Source: Lama glama
Taxonomy: Eukaryota
Length of the DNA stretch: 64,000 bases
Direction: 5' to 3'
Assembly: GCA_028534125.1 (NCBI GenBank)
Contig: CM052817.1
Span: 80,416,001-80,480,000 of the forward strand
The translations under genes were made by a program, and so were the position numbers. Positions within the stretch are counted from its first letter, which is position 1; every line of letters begins with the position of its first letter. This document shows positions 46,627-61,300 of this stretch, piece by piece. Below the pieces are notes generated by a model. That model worked only from the letters and a program-made list of their open reading frames with translations, did not search any database and was not told the origin of the DNA.

Positions 46627-47120
46627 TGTTGGAGAGGAGGCAAAACTTTACTGCTACCTTCTTAAGGTCTCTCGCTGGGTCTGAGAATTAAATTGGCATA
46701 AAATGGATTAACAGGAGAAAAGCATACAGATTATTACATGTACCTGGGAACCCCATAGGAAAATGAAGACCCAAAGATGTGGCCAAGCCTAAGTGTTTAT
46801 AGACTAGAGTGAACAAAGAGACACAGTTGTGGAGAAGTAAGTAAAGTATATGAAGAGACTAAAGGAAGTTGAGATATTTTAACAAAGTCTGTTTGTACAG
46901 AGTTGTCTCGGCCTCACTCTGTCTCTGGCGATAAGAATGTTCCTTTCCTCCCGGCACAGGGAGGGCATCTTTCACATGGGAGTTTTATCTCCTGCTTTCA
47001 GAAAGAAAAGGGGAGGTCAGAGCTCCCTTCTTGGACCTGCTGTCCTTCAGTGCTTTTAGCTCAATATAATCCTTATGCTAAAGTGGCATATTTTTGGGTG
47101 GCATTTTCTGCCACCGTTCA
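46627..47120. mobile_element. MER31-like ERV1 solo LTR
   Basis: TG...CA bounded, ~495 bp, with GATTAACAGGAGAAAAGCATACA, CATAGGAAAATGAAGACCCAAAGA and TTTCACATGGGAGTTTTATCTCCTGCTTTCAG. Confidence 0.7.
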
Positions 47121-50100
47121 AAGTTTATGTCTTGTTTCTCCTTTGATATCGTAATTCTTTTGAGACTGAGATTATGTTGTTGATTTACCTGGACCCTAAA
47201 GGTGCTTTGCCCATAGAAGTCAGTCAGAATACTTACATATTTTCCTGCATTTTCCAATCAAGTCGTAAAAGCCCATATTTATATCTTGTTCTTCTAACCA
47301 GAGGAACATTTACTATATTAATAAAATATATATTCTGATGTGATCTGTAACTTGCTTTAATTTGTCTTAGTCTTGCATATACTAGCAAACAGAGTTCTAA
47401 AAAATTATGGAATTATTTGCTGCAGAGAATTTTGGTAATATCACTGATAATGTTCAAGTTTCCAGAAGAGAATAGTTTTAAGAACTGGGGGTGTAAAGTT
47501 CGGGCTCTAGAAGGGACAGACACTAGAGGTCATTGAATCATCCTACCTTCCTTCTGCTGTAGTAATGCACTCTCTCTGACATCCCAGACAGGTCCTGACA
47601 TGGAAGTACCTAGAATTACTTACTCCTTCATTTTACCAATCTATTCTTAGTCACTCAAAATGCAAACCACTTGGTCCTTTCTATTAAGAGTAGAAGTTTC
47701 CTTAGGAGTAACTCATCTTGAGTTGACTTGGGAGACTTGGAGGATGCCAGAACCCTTCTCAGCTTCTTAGGTGCTAATAATGCTCTTTCTCCTGGACATG
47801 AAACAGTTGGCTTCTGTTCTTCTGGCTGAACTTGGCCTGGGCACGAAACTCTTCAAAGCATCCCTTTTTTCAAATGTACAATGGCTCTGCATGCTTTTGA
47901 ATGCTCTTTGCAGAGATTTATGATACTATGCCATTTAAGTTCTTTCTCAAATCCTACATTGAACATAACATTTTTGTAAGTACCAAGGTGTATAGAATTA
48001 GGGTATTTCAACAAGCTTGTGAGATAAGGAGGGACCAAACTATTAGCCCAGTTTTATAGATGAGGAAGTTTGACACAAGGAAGAAATATGGTTTTCCCAT
48101 TTCCTGGTAAGGTTAAGACCTAACTTCCCTTCCTGTCAGTTCATTCTGCCCCCTGTGTAAGAACAAGTGGGTCTGCCACACCAGCCGATCAGTGTTCTAC
48201 CCATGACTTTTGCTGTGGTGAAGAATCCAGATGAAAAAAACAATGCCTACTTTCATGCTTGGATTTTGGAGGGAGTTTCATTCTAAATTGTGCTGTGTTT
48301 TATGAAAGATAATCTGGCCAATTTCTTAATTGCATTCCATTCCTATGGTTTAGAAAAAATGTTGTTGCATTTACAAGGAATGTATGTAGCCCAAATACAC
48401 AAAGCACATTTAAATTGCTTTAGATTTTGATTATTTTATTATACTAGTTTACTATAACTCAGCTATCTGTAGTGAATCATCGGCCTCTGATAATATTGTC
48501 GCCTCCAGCCCCATCCCTGCTCAAATTATTAAGTGGAAAGGATTCTAATTCTATAGTCTCATTTTGGGGGAAAATTGGGGAGACTATGTAGAAATCTAAA
48601 TGACGCCTGTTACTCTCAGAGCTAGGAAACTAGAGCCAGGTCTCATGGCACTCTAATTAACACTTTTATTTCTGCAGATTTATTCCGTGGTCCTTACTGA
48701 ACAGATCTGCCTTGGGTTTCTGCTGGTGCGTTTTTCAGCAGGAATGTGGGCTTTGTTTCTCTGAATAGTTGAGTGCAGATTAGTGGTATGCCAATTTCCT
48801 GTGGCCTTTCAGAGCTGCAATTTGAGCCCTGTTTGCTCCTGGCCCTTGCACAGTGGAAAACAATGGGTGACTTCTTTTAGGTTTCACTTCAGGGCTCTTA
48901 GAAACAGGGGAAGTGGCTAAAGCCCTACTTTACAGGTAATTAACAATAGATAATGTTTGCTCTGCATTTTTTAGAGCCGATAAAAGGTAGAAGAACATAT
49001 TCAGCTGCTGATTTAGACACTGTGCAGTGGTTTTATGGATACAATAACTGTCTTAGCATCAGCAAGGTGGCATTGAATATCTGGGTCACATATATGACTG
49101 AGCACAAAACTTTTAAAAAGTAGAAGAAAAACAAATAGTATTAAAACACTGATGGGTAAGCAAGAAAGCCCTCCTTAGAGATGCTAAAGAAACCGTGTCA
49201 CTTTAAGCCATGCAGTTTGGTTAGGGGTGTATTTATTGCATCTATATCTGTTTTATGAGGGGAACAATTTTCATCACTCGATACTTATTCAAGATAATTT
49301 TTTATGTTCTCTACGTTCAACTCTAGAATCCACCTGTTTGTTAAAATAATGCCAGCTTAAAAAGTTTTGCCATCACATTTCACCATTAGCTACAGATACT
49401 CTTATGAAATGGTCTTAGATGCCTGACATGGTGTAGGAAACAGTGTATCTTGTCCTTCCTTTTATTGTATATTTGGCAGTGATAGAGTTTTTATTTTAAT
49501 ACTCTACCCTGAATAAATAATTTTTTAGACTACCCTCTCCCTGAAACATATTATGTCCACTTCATGACAAAGTAGGTTTATAGCCGTGCGGACAGGCTAA
49601 TTGATTTATTCAATCTTCAGCAGTTATAAAATACCTAGTCTGCCCCACATATGGGCTGACCCACTAAGGATAAAAAGCCAGTGGGGGAGCCCTGTCCTTG
49701 AGGAGATTATGGCCATCTCTTTCCCGCCATTGTTGCCAAAAGAAGGTGGAGGCTTCGTTTGGGGAAAAAAAAAATCTCAATTTTAATACTTAAACTTTAC
49801 ATCTATAATTGTAATGTGTAGGGTGCGCTCTTGATAAAAATCTAAAGACTGGGTCATGTCTGAGATCCCCAAGTAACTTATTTTTAGAGTGAACATAACT
49901 CTAAACCCAAAGTTAGTGGCTTTTTGTTCCAAGCCACTTCTAGCTAGCAGCATGAAAATGTCACCTTACTCATCTGCTCTTTAGAGATGATGAATATGGA
50001 GAAGTTGCTTTAGTAGAGAATTTATATACCGCTTAAAACCAGAGCAGCTCTTTCTAAGTGTGTTTAGACACCCTGGAGAACAGTGTTTTAAGTGCAGAGG

Positions 50101-53100
50101 TGTACAAAGGTGAAGGAGCCCTACATCAATTAGTTCGTCAGCCCAGACTTGCTACACACCCAGACCGCGTGCAGCGCTGTGCCAGGGCTGTGGGCTTAAC
50201 AAAAAGTGTAAGCTCTTGATCTCCACTAAGAGCTGGATCAGGAGGCTGACCTGGCAACCGGAAATAGGAAAGCACTTAAGTCTCTTTTCTGCTGATAAAA
50301 GTAATATGTTTATTGTAACACTGTTTTTGAAAATTTAGAAAACGCATGAAGCAGAAAACATAAAGCACACACAATCCTGCTACTCAGTGCTTAGTTACAA
50401 AGGGGCTTTGACAATCTTTGCAGACTCTTTTTACCTATGTCTTACTTGCTTTACCTTCTTTAAAAAAAAATGTAGATGTTTCAGAAGTATGCCTCTCCTT
50501 TTCTTCTCCCTTCTATTATTCACTGAATCTTTTAAAAGAGAGATTTTGGTTCCAAAATACAGTATAGACCAGAGGGATCTTTCAGAAAATAATAGTCACT
50601 CTGAAATGAACCAGAGTTTGTATTTTATTTCATTTACTTCTGTTTTTTCTATCATCTAAGAGGTAAACTGTCTTTTCAGAGAGTTAAGAAGGGAAAAACT
50701 CAGTTTGTCCTGTATAGCTGTCCAGTACTTACTCAGCTAGGCACGTTTATTGGAGGAAAAATAAGAAAATTGGGGTCACCAGTGAAGGCGTAAAGGCTCA
50801 GTGGCAAGAATACAGGATTTTTATTTAAAATAAACTATAATTATTTGATATTGCCAATAATTACAGCGAAATAATCCTGGTAAGAAAGCACTTTTAAGAA
50901 AATGTCAACCGCGGCTCTGCTGTGAGAGCGAGGTCACTGTTCCCTCTCTTGCCCGGCGCCTACTTTTTATGTTAACCACGTTAATGGTGCTAATAATTTC
51001 CCTTAAGAAACTTTGTCTCCGAAGACTAATGCTCATAGTTTTCCCCATGGTCACTGGCTTGGGATTATGTAACCAACTTTATTATCACTGTCATTAAAAT
51101 CAGTGTATATTTCATTCCGGTTGTACAGGAAGTGATTACTTAAAGTATCCATTTAAAATATGACCTAATGTTTAGACAGTGAACTTGTATGTTTATCATG
51201 TCAAAGCCTCAGAGAAATATTTTGTTTTCCTTAAGTGCTCTAAATGGCTGCCCAGTTGCACACAGTTGTGATTAGCTCTGGGTACTTCCACGAAGTTTTA
51301 TCCACGTTAACATAGTCCTGCCCCAACGATACTGTTAGAATGTTCAAGTTCTATTATTATTTTGTTCCATAGGTTGAAGAAACTTTTGGAGTCATAAGCA
51401 AAATAACTTCTTCAGTTTGTATCATCCTCATGCTAGAACGCTGACATCTTTCATCTTTTCCGATGAAAGAACTCGTTTGCTAAAACAAGTGAGGCACTTA
51501 GGAAGAAGTGACGACCCTAATTTGATTTTATTTAATTAACCTTTTACAATGACTCCTAGATAGATAAGTGTTCTGCCAAAAAGTAAGGTATTTGAAAGCA
51601 GCAATGAGCTCACTTAATTTCTCTGTTTTAAACAGAGTGCTTTTGATGGTTTACTAGACACGACATCACAGTTTCCTGTTTCATATTTGAGTTAAGCAGC
51701 GTTGGAGAAAACCATTTGCCCTAAGTTTTAAAACTCTAGGGACAAAAAGCCCCTGATCAGAAGCTTTAGAAGCACAGTAGCTTTTTAAAGTTGTAACAGT
51801 ATTACAACCACAACACTGATGAACCCAAGAAATACACAGCCTCTGTCCTGCCTGCATCTCTGCCCCGCAAAGGAGGGTAAAAGTAAATATAGGAGATTGA
51901 ATGATGCAAGTGATTATTTTAAACCTTTCACTTTTAAGGGCCCACAGGCTTAAAAAATTTTTTTTTCCTTCTTCAAAATCACAGCTAGCCTAGCACTCTG
52001 CATGTTGGCCAAATTGTTTTATGTTCTCAGTTGAGAAAGGAGCATTTAAGGTAGGGTCAAGATTTTAGGCTTAGTAACTCACTTGGAATTAGAATTAAGT
52101 GCTGAAGGTGTCGAGAGGACTGAAGTGTTTAATAGTGTGGTAAATAAAGAAAAATTATTGAATCTCTCCTGCTCATTGGGGAATAAAAAACATATTTGGT
52201 ATTATGTATTGCACTTGTGCATGCTTACTTACAATTTTTTATGACTTAAAGAAAAAGGCAAAAAAGGAACAAATTACAGAAAACAAGACACTTAAGAAAC
52301 TTGTGTAAACCACTGATAACTTAAAATTTCTGGAGAGAAAGTTCTACTATGTGACAAATTAAACTTACAAAATACAATAATTTTAAAAGATGGAATACAG
52401 TAATTAATGTTAAATAATTGAGCAATTCAGCAAAAATGTTTTGTAAACCCAACTTCTACACAGCCATAGTAAGGAATTAGAACGCAATGACTTCTCTTAG
52501 AGAAGCAAATTGAAATACTGAGTCTCTGGAGAAGTAAGTGACCATTTCCGGAGGTAGAGATGAGGGAGCAAGCACGGACCAGGAGACGGGCAGTGGGCCA
52601 GGTTCCAAAGTCACGGTGGTGAACAAGACAGGCGTGATGCTTGCATGGTCTCTTCTTTTCTCCTCCTAATTACAAGAGCAAAATGATTTTTCGGAGGGGA
52701 AGGAACTTTCCTAATTTCAACACTAGCACCCCACCTAGCTCTGTATTTCAGATATTGCCACCCTTAGGAGATGAAATTTCTCCTTTTCTTCTGAGATTTA
52801 TTCTTCTATGAAACTCAAAAAGACGAGCCACTTCCCCTATTCTGTACAGGAACCCAGGTCACAAAGTAGTGGAACCCTAGACTGGGGTCCTCATCATTTC
52901 AGTTCTTATTACCAGGTAAGCATTTTGAACTCTTTGCTTATTTTATGATTGACTTCTCGTCAATAAAAGTTTACTACCATTGCTCTGTAATCTCCATTTC
53001 CTGAATTTTCAGTTTGGAAGGTATATATTTATTGCTATCCAGGTTAATACTCATTCCCAGGTGATTTACTTTATTTATGATTTTTCTCACTTTATCACAA

Positions 53101-53179
53101 GTTCCTCCAAAGAATAGATCTCTCTTTTTGCATCCTGTCATTATATTCCTAGCTCAAATTTATTAAATGCTTACCTTAC

Positions 53180-53390
53180 ACTGGGGTAGCTGGGAACTGT
53201 TCTAATAACTTAATATGAATTAATTTATTTGATTTTCTCAACAACTGTATGAGCTAGGTACCATTATTACCCTCTTTTATAGATGAGGAAACCCAAGCAG
53301 GGGGAAGCGTAGTAACTAGCCCAGGTTCCCATGGCTAAAATTTGGGGAATCAGGATTTGAACTCCAATGATCTGACAATGGAGCCTGTAC
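53180..53390. mobile_element. MIR SINE
   Basis: CTCAACAACTGTATGAGCTAGGTACCATTATTACCCTCTTTTATAGATGAGGAAAC...GGATTTGAAC. Confidence 0.7.
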
Positions 53391-54095
53391 ATAACATGTG
53401 AGTTTAAGATCTACCTTTGATTGTATTAGCCACAGATTTCTAGGAGAGTGACTGTTGCTACTTTTCTTTAGAAATGCTTGTGTTCCCTCCAAATTCCTAT
53501 ATTAAATCCTAATGGCCAGTGTGATGGTGTTTGGAGGTAGGACTTCGGGGAGACGATTACATGATGAGGGTGAAGCCCTTGTGAATGGAATCAATGCCCT
53601 TACAAAAGAGACCCCAGAGAGTGTCTTGGCCCTCGAAGTATTGTCAGCTGGATAGTAGACGCTGTTCTATAAGAGCCTTCAGTCTAACTGAGTGAGGTAA
53701 GACCAATATACAGAAAACATCCAATAAATGCTACAGTATGAGAGCTAGTAAAATATTACTTTAAAACAAACCTCCCCAGGTCATTCTTGTGATAAACCAG
53801 ATGTAGATTTCCTGGTCCAGTTCCCAGGTTCTCAAATGTATTTTCTAGTAGAACTTTTTGACCAAATAATGTTCCCTAAAAGTCAGTATATAAAAGGGGT
53901 TACTGTGTCGCCACTCCAACTGAAGAGAAGGGCTGGTGGGTGGCCTTTCTTCCTCACCGCCTCCTCAGGCTTTCCCGTCTTCCTCTCCCTGAACTCCCCC
54001 AGAGTAGTTCTAAAACCATGAATTTAATGAACAGATGAGCAGTCATCTATGGAGAGCCTTCAGGGAACTATAAACTTTAAAAGTGATACACAAAA

Positions 54096-54117
54096 GTGTG
54101 TGTGTGTGTGTGTGTGT
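54096..54117. repeat. (GT)n microsatellite
   Basis: Directly visible. Confidence 0.95.
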
Positions 54118-55256
54118 CTTGGGGAAGAGTCCAGGGTTTTTTCAGATTATTAAAGAATCTCTGTCCCCAAATAGGGATAAGAATGTACTGCCCCAGCTAC
54201 AGAAAAGGTACTTTATTTTCTATGCAGAATTTCTTTTTTGAGATAATTAGTGAAGATTGGATAATTTATAGCAAATATAAGCATAAAGTTTTAAAATGCT
54301 GCCCCTGATCATTTGGAAACTAGAGGGGACCATTAAATGATTCTACCTGGATTATCATCACATGGCAATCAAATGGTAATTACTTCACTATCTTTTCTGT
54401 GGCTGAATTTGGGTCCAGAATTTTTGTTCCTAATCTACCCAAATCTCCACTTTCCAAATAGTCCTCAATCATTGAAAAAGAAATGCAATTTTAAGACTTT
54501 TTAGTAACAAGGGCAAGACATCCTTATATACTCATACAACTGTGCATTTTTCAATAGTTGATTTTGCCTATAGTTTTTCTTAAAACGTTCCAACCAAAAT
54601 AGATTGTTTGAAAAGCTTCATGTTGTTTAATGCTCAGAAATTGTTTAACAGAGCCTTGGGTTTTCCATAATGCCAGATCAAGGAATACTGGGAAAATAAA
54701 GACTATATACAATTCGAGGCTTTCTTTCCAGAGTTCCATTTGAAAGCTACTCAAAAATTAATATGAGTAGTGATTAATTTGGCACATTTCTACTACTCCT
54801 CGTACTGAATCACTATATTAAATAGGGATCACTAACTTCCTCTGAAGGAGGGTGAGCTAGGTGATGAGCTGATTTGTAGAATGTTCACTTAGGTTACTAC
54901 CGTGAGTGGAGGTAAGATGGATATGAGGTGCAATGATGATGTAGCCACTCTTTCAGATAGGGTACCTCACCACTTACATTGGAATTGAGTCATTCAATTC
55001 AATAAATTTGTCAAGTTTTTGCTAGTGTTCTGGGGATACAGCAGTGAACAGAGTAACTACAATTTTTTTCCCTCACAGAGTTGATGCTCTAATAAGAGAA
55101 ATAGACAATTATAAACGGGGAACACTAATATGTTGTAAGTGCCACTGTGCAGTGGAAGTGGAGTGTGAGATGTGAGTTTGCTAAACAGATGAACAACAGT
55201 TTTTTCTGAGATTCTTGCCTTTTCTGTCATGACATGTGGAAAAATAAACTAGCATA

Positions 55257-55600
55257 CTATCTTAGTTTGTTTGGGCTGGTATAATAAAATTCCAGAGACT
55301 GGGTGGCTTATAAACAACAGAAATTTATTTCTTACAGTTCTGGAGGCTGGGAAGTCTAAGATCAGGTGCCGGCAGGTTCTATATCTGGTGAGGGCCTTCT
55401 TCCTGGTTCACAGAGGGCTCTCTTCTCACCATGTTCTCACACGGCGGGAGGAGTGAGGGATCTCTCTGGAGTCTCTTTTTTAAGGGAATCCATCCTTATG
55501 ACCTAATCACCTCCCAAAGGCCTTACCTGCAGTCATCATCAGGTTGGAGATTAGGCTTCAATATATGAATTCTGGGGGCACGCAAACATTCAGTCCAAAG
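55257..55600 (-). mobile_element. MaLR LTR (MLT1A-like)
   Basis: GACTGGGTGGCTTATAAACAACAGAAATTTATTTCTTACAGTTCTGGAGGCTGGGAAGTCTAAGATCAGG...AAACATTCAGTCCA. Confidence 0.85.
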
Positions 55601-57358
55601 TTAAGTGTATTTTTAACTTTATAAGGAACTGCCAAACCTTTCCAAAATGCTACATCATTTTTGCATTCCCACCAGCAAGAAATGAGAATGAGTGTCTCCT
55701 ATCCTTTCAGAGGGCTTTCAACAGGGAAAGTAGGTGCTTGTGCTCAGTCTCCATCTTGATCTAACTTTCCATACCGGTTTTTAGCCTAGTCTTTTTCACC
55801 AGCTTTGTAAAAACTTATTTTTCCAGAGAACTCCCATCACTCCTCTATAAGAATGTAAGTTGCTTTAATTATTTTTCTCATTCAGTTGAGACCACAATAC
55901 AAGACAGTTTTTATGGAAGTCTGTCCTATTTGTGAAGAATTTCTGGAAGACCTTACCCAGTTTTTTTGTATTAGTTTTCATTTGTTCAGCAGGTCCAAAA
56001 CATATTGTTTTCTGACATCCACACCTGATTGACAGAGTTTAAATATTATCTTAACACATGCTGCTGATATTTTATAAAGGCATCCTCTAGACTTTTGGAC
56101 AACATGTGCAAAACATTTGTACAACAGTGCAACGTGTTACTCGAAGGCACTATTTTTGTACCATAATAAAAGAACTAAGCATTTTTGTGTCTGATATTTT
56201 GGACCTCTCCTTTTACAAACTCCCTTTCCAGAAACTACAGTTCTTTCTAAAACTTAAAAAGCTCAGCTTTTTCTTAGGCATTAATCTTATCAGGGAGAGG
56301 CCTTGAAGTCACATCCTCGTACATGTGCAGACCCAGAAGGGCATCTGTCCTTTGCTCCTGGATGCGCTGCTGCTGCTTTTGTTTAATCTTTGAACTGCGC
56401 CGTCCAGCAGAGCGCTCCGTCTTAGCGAGGTCCAGTGCCAAGAGCAGTGGGCTCACATCAGCCACAGGGAAGGGCTCCTCTCCTAGCAACTATTACTAAG
56501 AGAGTGGTTCATTTTAAAAACTACCAACCAGTGTGAAAATTAATTTGCCTATAATGGCTCAAAATGATCCATTTGCTCTGCGGGAATCTCTGTCTTCCAC
56601 TTTTAAGTGGGTTTTGCTACTTTTAAAGTTTTATTTTCATATTCATTGCTAGGTGTTCACTTTCCTGGGTATGGTGAGTGAAAACTTAAAGGATAATTAG
56701 GATTCTCTTTTTTGGTGGTTATTCTCTTTTAATTTTCCAGGTATTTTTTTTTCACAGAACTCAATAGCTGCCATCTGATTTTTTTAAAAATCTGGTTCAA
56801 TCTCATGAAAATATTGTAGTGCCAGGTGTTAGCTTTAAAAAGCTAAACAGCATAGTAAGAGAATTGTTACTAAAAAAGAAATCAGAGAATTAGGGTAAAA
56901 AGCAAACAATGTAAGAGGATGATTATACATACAAATAGTTAATCCGTGTGCTATGTTTGAGCTTCCAATATGATCCCAAATTGCCTGCCAGGCTAGAAGA
57001 AAAAGTGAAAATATTATAGTATGAGATTCTTGGGATTTTTAGGGATTATAGGAAGTTCTCATGGAAGACAATTTTTGCCCGTGGCACTAAATTCTTAAAG
57101 ACAATTCTTATATAGAGTTTTATAGATGGAACTGAATTTTCAGAATGGACAGTATGCTCAAAAATAGGTAGAAAGAGTTCATGTGGTTCTTCCTTGTAGC
57201 AAACTTCAATAGAAGCCAGAGATATAAAACTAAACCATACTTCGGTGAAGGGAACTGATTTTTTTCCCCAGGGAACTCACAAGGGCCTAAACTTTGTGGG
57301 CCAAGTCATAACCTTTCGGTGGTGTTAGTCTTCCTTAACTCTCTAAACTGAAGCTGCG

Positions 57359-57540
57359 TGTTATGGGCTGAATTGTATTCCCCCCAAATTCATATGTTGA
57401 AGTCCTAGCCCCCAATATGGCTGCATTTGGAGACAGCGCCTATAAGGAGGCAATAAAAGTTAAGTGAAGTCATAACACTTAATCCAGTAGGACTGGTGTC
57501 CTTGTATGAAGAGGAAGAGACACGAGAGCTCTCGCTCTCA

Positions 57541-57581
<41 letters not shown>

Positions 57582-57779
57582 AGCACAGAGGAAGGGCCAT
57601 GTGAGGACAGTGAAAAGGTGACCATGTACAAACCAGCAAGAGAGGTCTCACCAGAAACCAACTCTGCCAGTATCTTGACCTTGGACTTCAGTCTCCAGAA
57701 CTGTGAGAACATACATTTCTGTCGTTCAAGGCCCCCAGTCTGCGATGTTTTGTTATGGCAGCCCTAGCTGACTAATACA
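57359..57779 (+). mobile_element. MaLR LTR (MLT1B-like) containing a (TCTG)n(TC)n microsatellite at 57542-57581
   Basis: TGTTATGGGCTGAATTG...TGGACTTCAGTCTCCAGAACTGTGAGA...TTGTTATGGCAGCCCTAGCTGACTAATACA. Confidence 0.85.
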
Positions 57780-58254
57780 GCATGGCGTCTGGATAGAAGA
57801 TAATCCTTCAAACATTACAACCAGGAGTCCTTGTGCAGGAACTTCAGTGACGTGGCCGCACGCAGAGGTGGGCAGTGGCTCTACAGCAAACATCCACCAG
57901 GCAGCTCCGTAACTTTCATAAGAGCTTGTTGGCCTGACCAATGCCCCTGACTTCCAAAGCAAGTGAATTGCCTTCAGTTGGCAATGCATTGCTTACTGTA
58001 GGTTAGTTCTGACTCTAACTAGTTTATAGGCTCCTCACCAGTGGCTTTGGGCCATATATAACTAATCCTCATCTCGATAAACACTCTTCACTGTTTAGCA
58101 GGAGAAAGGTTACTGAGCTGCAGAGTTTCTGCTTTGAAGTACTGAGATAATGAATAATCTATTTTTCCTCCCATATTTTCATCAGTGTAAGTAGTTCGAG
58201 AGACCAAACAGCAGAAGGCAGGAAAAAGAAGCTCGTAGAAAAAAAAAGTTGTGA

Positions 58255-58354
58255 NNNNNNNNNNNNNNNNNNNNNNNNNNNNNNNNNNNNNNNNNNNNNN
58301 NNNNNNNNNNNNNNNNNNNNNNNNNNNNNNNNNNNNNNNNNNNNNNNNNNNNNN
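58255..58354. other. Assembly gap (100 N)
   Basis: Run of N flanked by a duplicated 49-mer. Confidence 1.
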
Positions 58355-61300
58355 AAACAGCAGAAGGCAGGAAAAAGAAGCTCGTAGGAAAAAAAAGTTG
58401 TGACTTTGGTCTTCTGAATTCTCCTCTAATCTTTTGAATAGCAGGAAATAAGAATAAATAGTATACAATAAATCTCTGATGGTACATTTTTTTAATCTTA
58501 TAATTTGCTGTGGCCTTTACTACTTTACATTGTAAATATAGGCAATGGGGTAAATTTTACCAGGTTCACCTAAAATAGAAAAATTTGACTCCAAATATAT
58601 ACAAACCTAAAACTAAAATTGTGTTAAATCTGGCAAAATTTAGGCAAACTCAAGAATGCCAGGGGAAAAAATCTTTATGAAATGGACATGTTTTGAAACT
58701 TTAGATACTGCTTTATTAACTTTGTAGATGTCAGACATGGCTCTTTGCATATTGTAGCTATTTTCAATGTGCAGGTTACAAATATTTGGTCTGATGGGTA
58801 AATCTGGAAGATCTAGGAATGGAAGATTATCCTCTAAATCTCCTAGTGGCCAAAGGCCACTAAATCAATCAGCTCTGTCTATCCACCTACCCGTCCAGCC
58901 AGCCTCCATCTATCCATCCATCTACCTACCTATCTACCTATATACCTACATGTGTTTTTATCTGCAAAATTCTGCTTCTCACTCTAAGAGCTTTGGGTTT
59001 ATATATTTGTATTTGTACGGTATATAAAATATCTTACAACTTAAGCTACAGCATCGTGAACTAAATATACAGGAAACACAACAAAAGTTCTTCAAACTCT
59101 CTATGCTAGAAGCCAATTGTCAGTGAGATAATAGGGGGAAGAAAAGGAAATGGTGCTTAGATAAATCTCTAACATTAAGTATCAGGTCTTGATAGATTGC
59201 TAATAAGTTTTGTAGTTAATAGCAAAACACTAATATTTTTTAGGATGTTGTAAGTTATTTGGCTGCCCTGCACTGATTGGCTTAGTTTGATTTAACAGGT
59301 TTGTCAATGTCTCCCTAGGTGGATTCAAGCAGATGAAATGTAAACCAGAAAATAAGGATATGGTTGCCTTGCCTTCTGGAATGAGAGTAACAGGACTGGG
59401 TCATGCCAAAATCATGCCTCTTTTTCTAGACTCATTATAAGTTGTGAAGTGGCGTGATACAATGTGATTGTCTGGACAAGTATCCCCTTTGTTGTTCTCA
59501 AGGGGGTTATGTCCTGGATTTGTTCCTTTGCAAACTCTGCAGTTTACATAGCTGTAGAGACTTAACGCCTTGGCAGGGGCACAGGTTTTATCTCCTAGAA
59601 TGGCAGGCAGTTAGTGTGTGTAGGAACTGCATTCTTTTTACCTCGGATTAATCTTGATGTTTTATCACATATTTCCTCTTTTAATCACATGACAAGATAA
59701 TATTTTGTGTGCCCACTAAGTTTTCAGAAGGAGCAAGCAAGGAAGAGAGCTCTTCTGGATTTCTCCTTTCCTCCTTGACCTTCCCTTCAACACATAGTTC
59801 CTCTTTTAAGAATGTGCAATCATGGATTTGATTAAATTCTTCAACTATCTGAGCGTTTGCTACTGAAAATACTAGGCCACGTGCTTTATGTTTACAGGTG
59901 AAGGATGGTAATATCACAGATCTTTCTGAAGACTGTGAAACATGTAAAGAGAGCACACGTGTTCTTAAAGATCTTTCTTGGTCACTTCCCATGGATACAT
60001 TGTTGGTGACATGACCATCAGGACTTTGTTCAACAGCAGAATCAAAGCCCCCATAAGGAGAAATTGTGGAAACCAGTTAAGTGTCAGTAAGTATTGCTGT
60101 CTTGACTGTGAGAGATTTCTGTTTCAGTAGCTACTTTGTCGATCATTTTAATGATCTCTCTTAGAGTCAAGATTTTCTTAATCTGGTTGACACTTCTTCA
60201 GAAAATCTAGTTAAGAAATTCAATAACCAATATAACTGGGGCCAAATAAACTCGCCGCTTTGCAAGTAGTCTCACATACTTCTTCTGAATTCCTATTATA
60301 TATGCAAGTTTAAAGCTTGATGATATTCTCTATGTAATTAATTATCATGAAATGTGTTTTAATAACTAGATTAGAAACTTTCAGTGCTTCAGTGATCTTT
60401 GATTGCACCATGAGGTTTGATACTTCTTGACTCAATGTTCTGAAGTACCTGGATTTCAGGCTGAGGTTGGCTTCTAATTTTCCAAACCACTTCTGTGGAC
60501 CTGAAGAACAAACCCTTGAACACCTTTAATAATTCTTTGGACCAAAGCCAATCCACTTTTCCCTGTGAAATACACCCTGAAAGCCTTATTTTACTCACAG
60601 TCACTAATTATCTGGATGTTCAATACTCGGCAATCAGAAGTAGGATGAAGGATGATAAGAAGGGATTTTTTGATGCAGAAAAATGAGAATAATGAGGAGT
60701 AACAACTGTTGATCAAAAGATGTCCTCTGGGCCTTGGAGTGAAAGGCTTAAGCAGTTTTAAGCACCAAAATTGTTCCTGAGAGTATCAGCATATTGCAAC
60801 AAAGCATGATATTTTATTTTCATAACAAGTGATCTTGAATTTTTTTTAATGTTGTTTTTACATTCCATCATAAAAATAACATATTTTAGATAAAATTCAA
60901 GATAAAAATCTTAATATTTGGAAGAGCCAATTACAGTTATTCAGAAAATTATCCTATATGTAGTAACTTACCTCAAGATAGTGTTAATAAATGAGCAACT
61001 AAGTTAATCAATTAGTTCAAAATAACATAAAATGATCTTTTCATAGCTCAAATGATCACTTCTCTGTTCCAATATCTAAGATGGCTTCTGTTTACATTGT
61101 GTATAATATCAGGCTTACCATTTCCTGAGTTTGCTGTAGTGGTCACCCAATCAGATGGCTACCTGGTTCACACCTACTCTCCCAGTGGCTGTCTCCATCC
61201 TCCCTCCTTAATTTGTGCTTTTAGTGGGGGCTTTTCACTTCCCTAGCCACTGTGATTGGTCCAGGGGATGGGCATGTGACCAAGGATAGTCAGAGTCTTT

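Noticed and set aside
49059..49074. CTCF-like CAGCAAGGTGGCA
   Set aside because: Mismatches at core positions; cannot be supported without PWM or ChIP data.
58875..58950. ATCC/ATCT-rich stretch (also CAT/TAC runs at ~62840-62885 and GTTCTAT repeats at ~28929-28959)
   Set aside because: Ordinary degenerate simple repeats.
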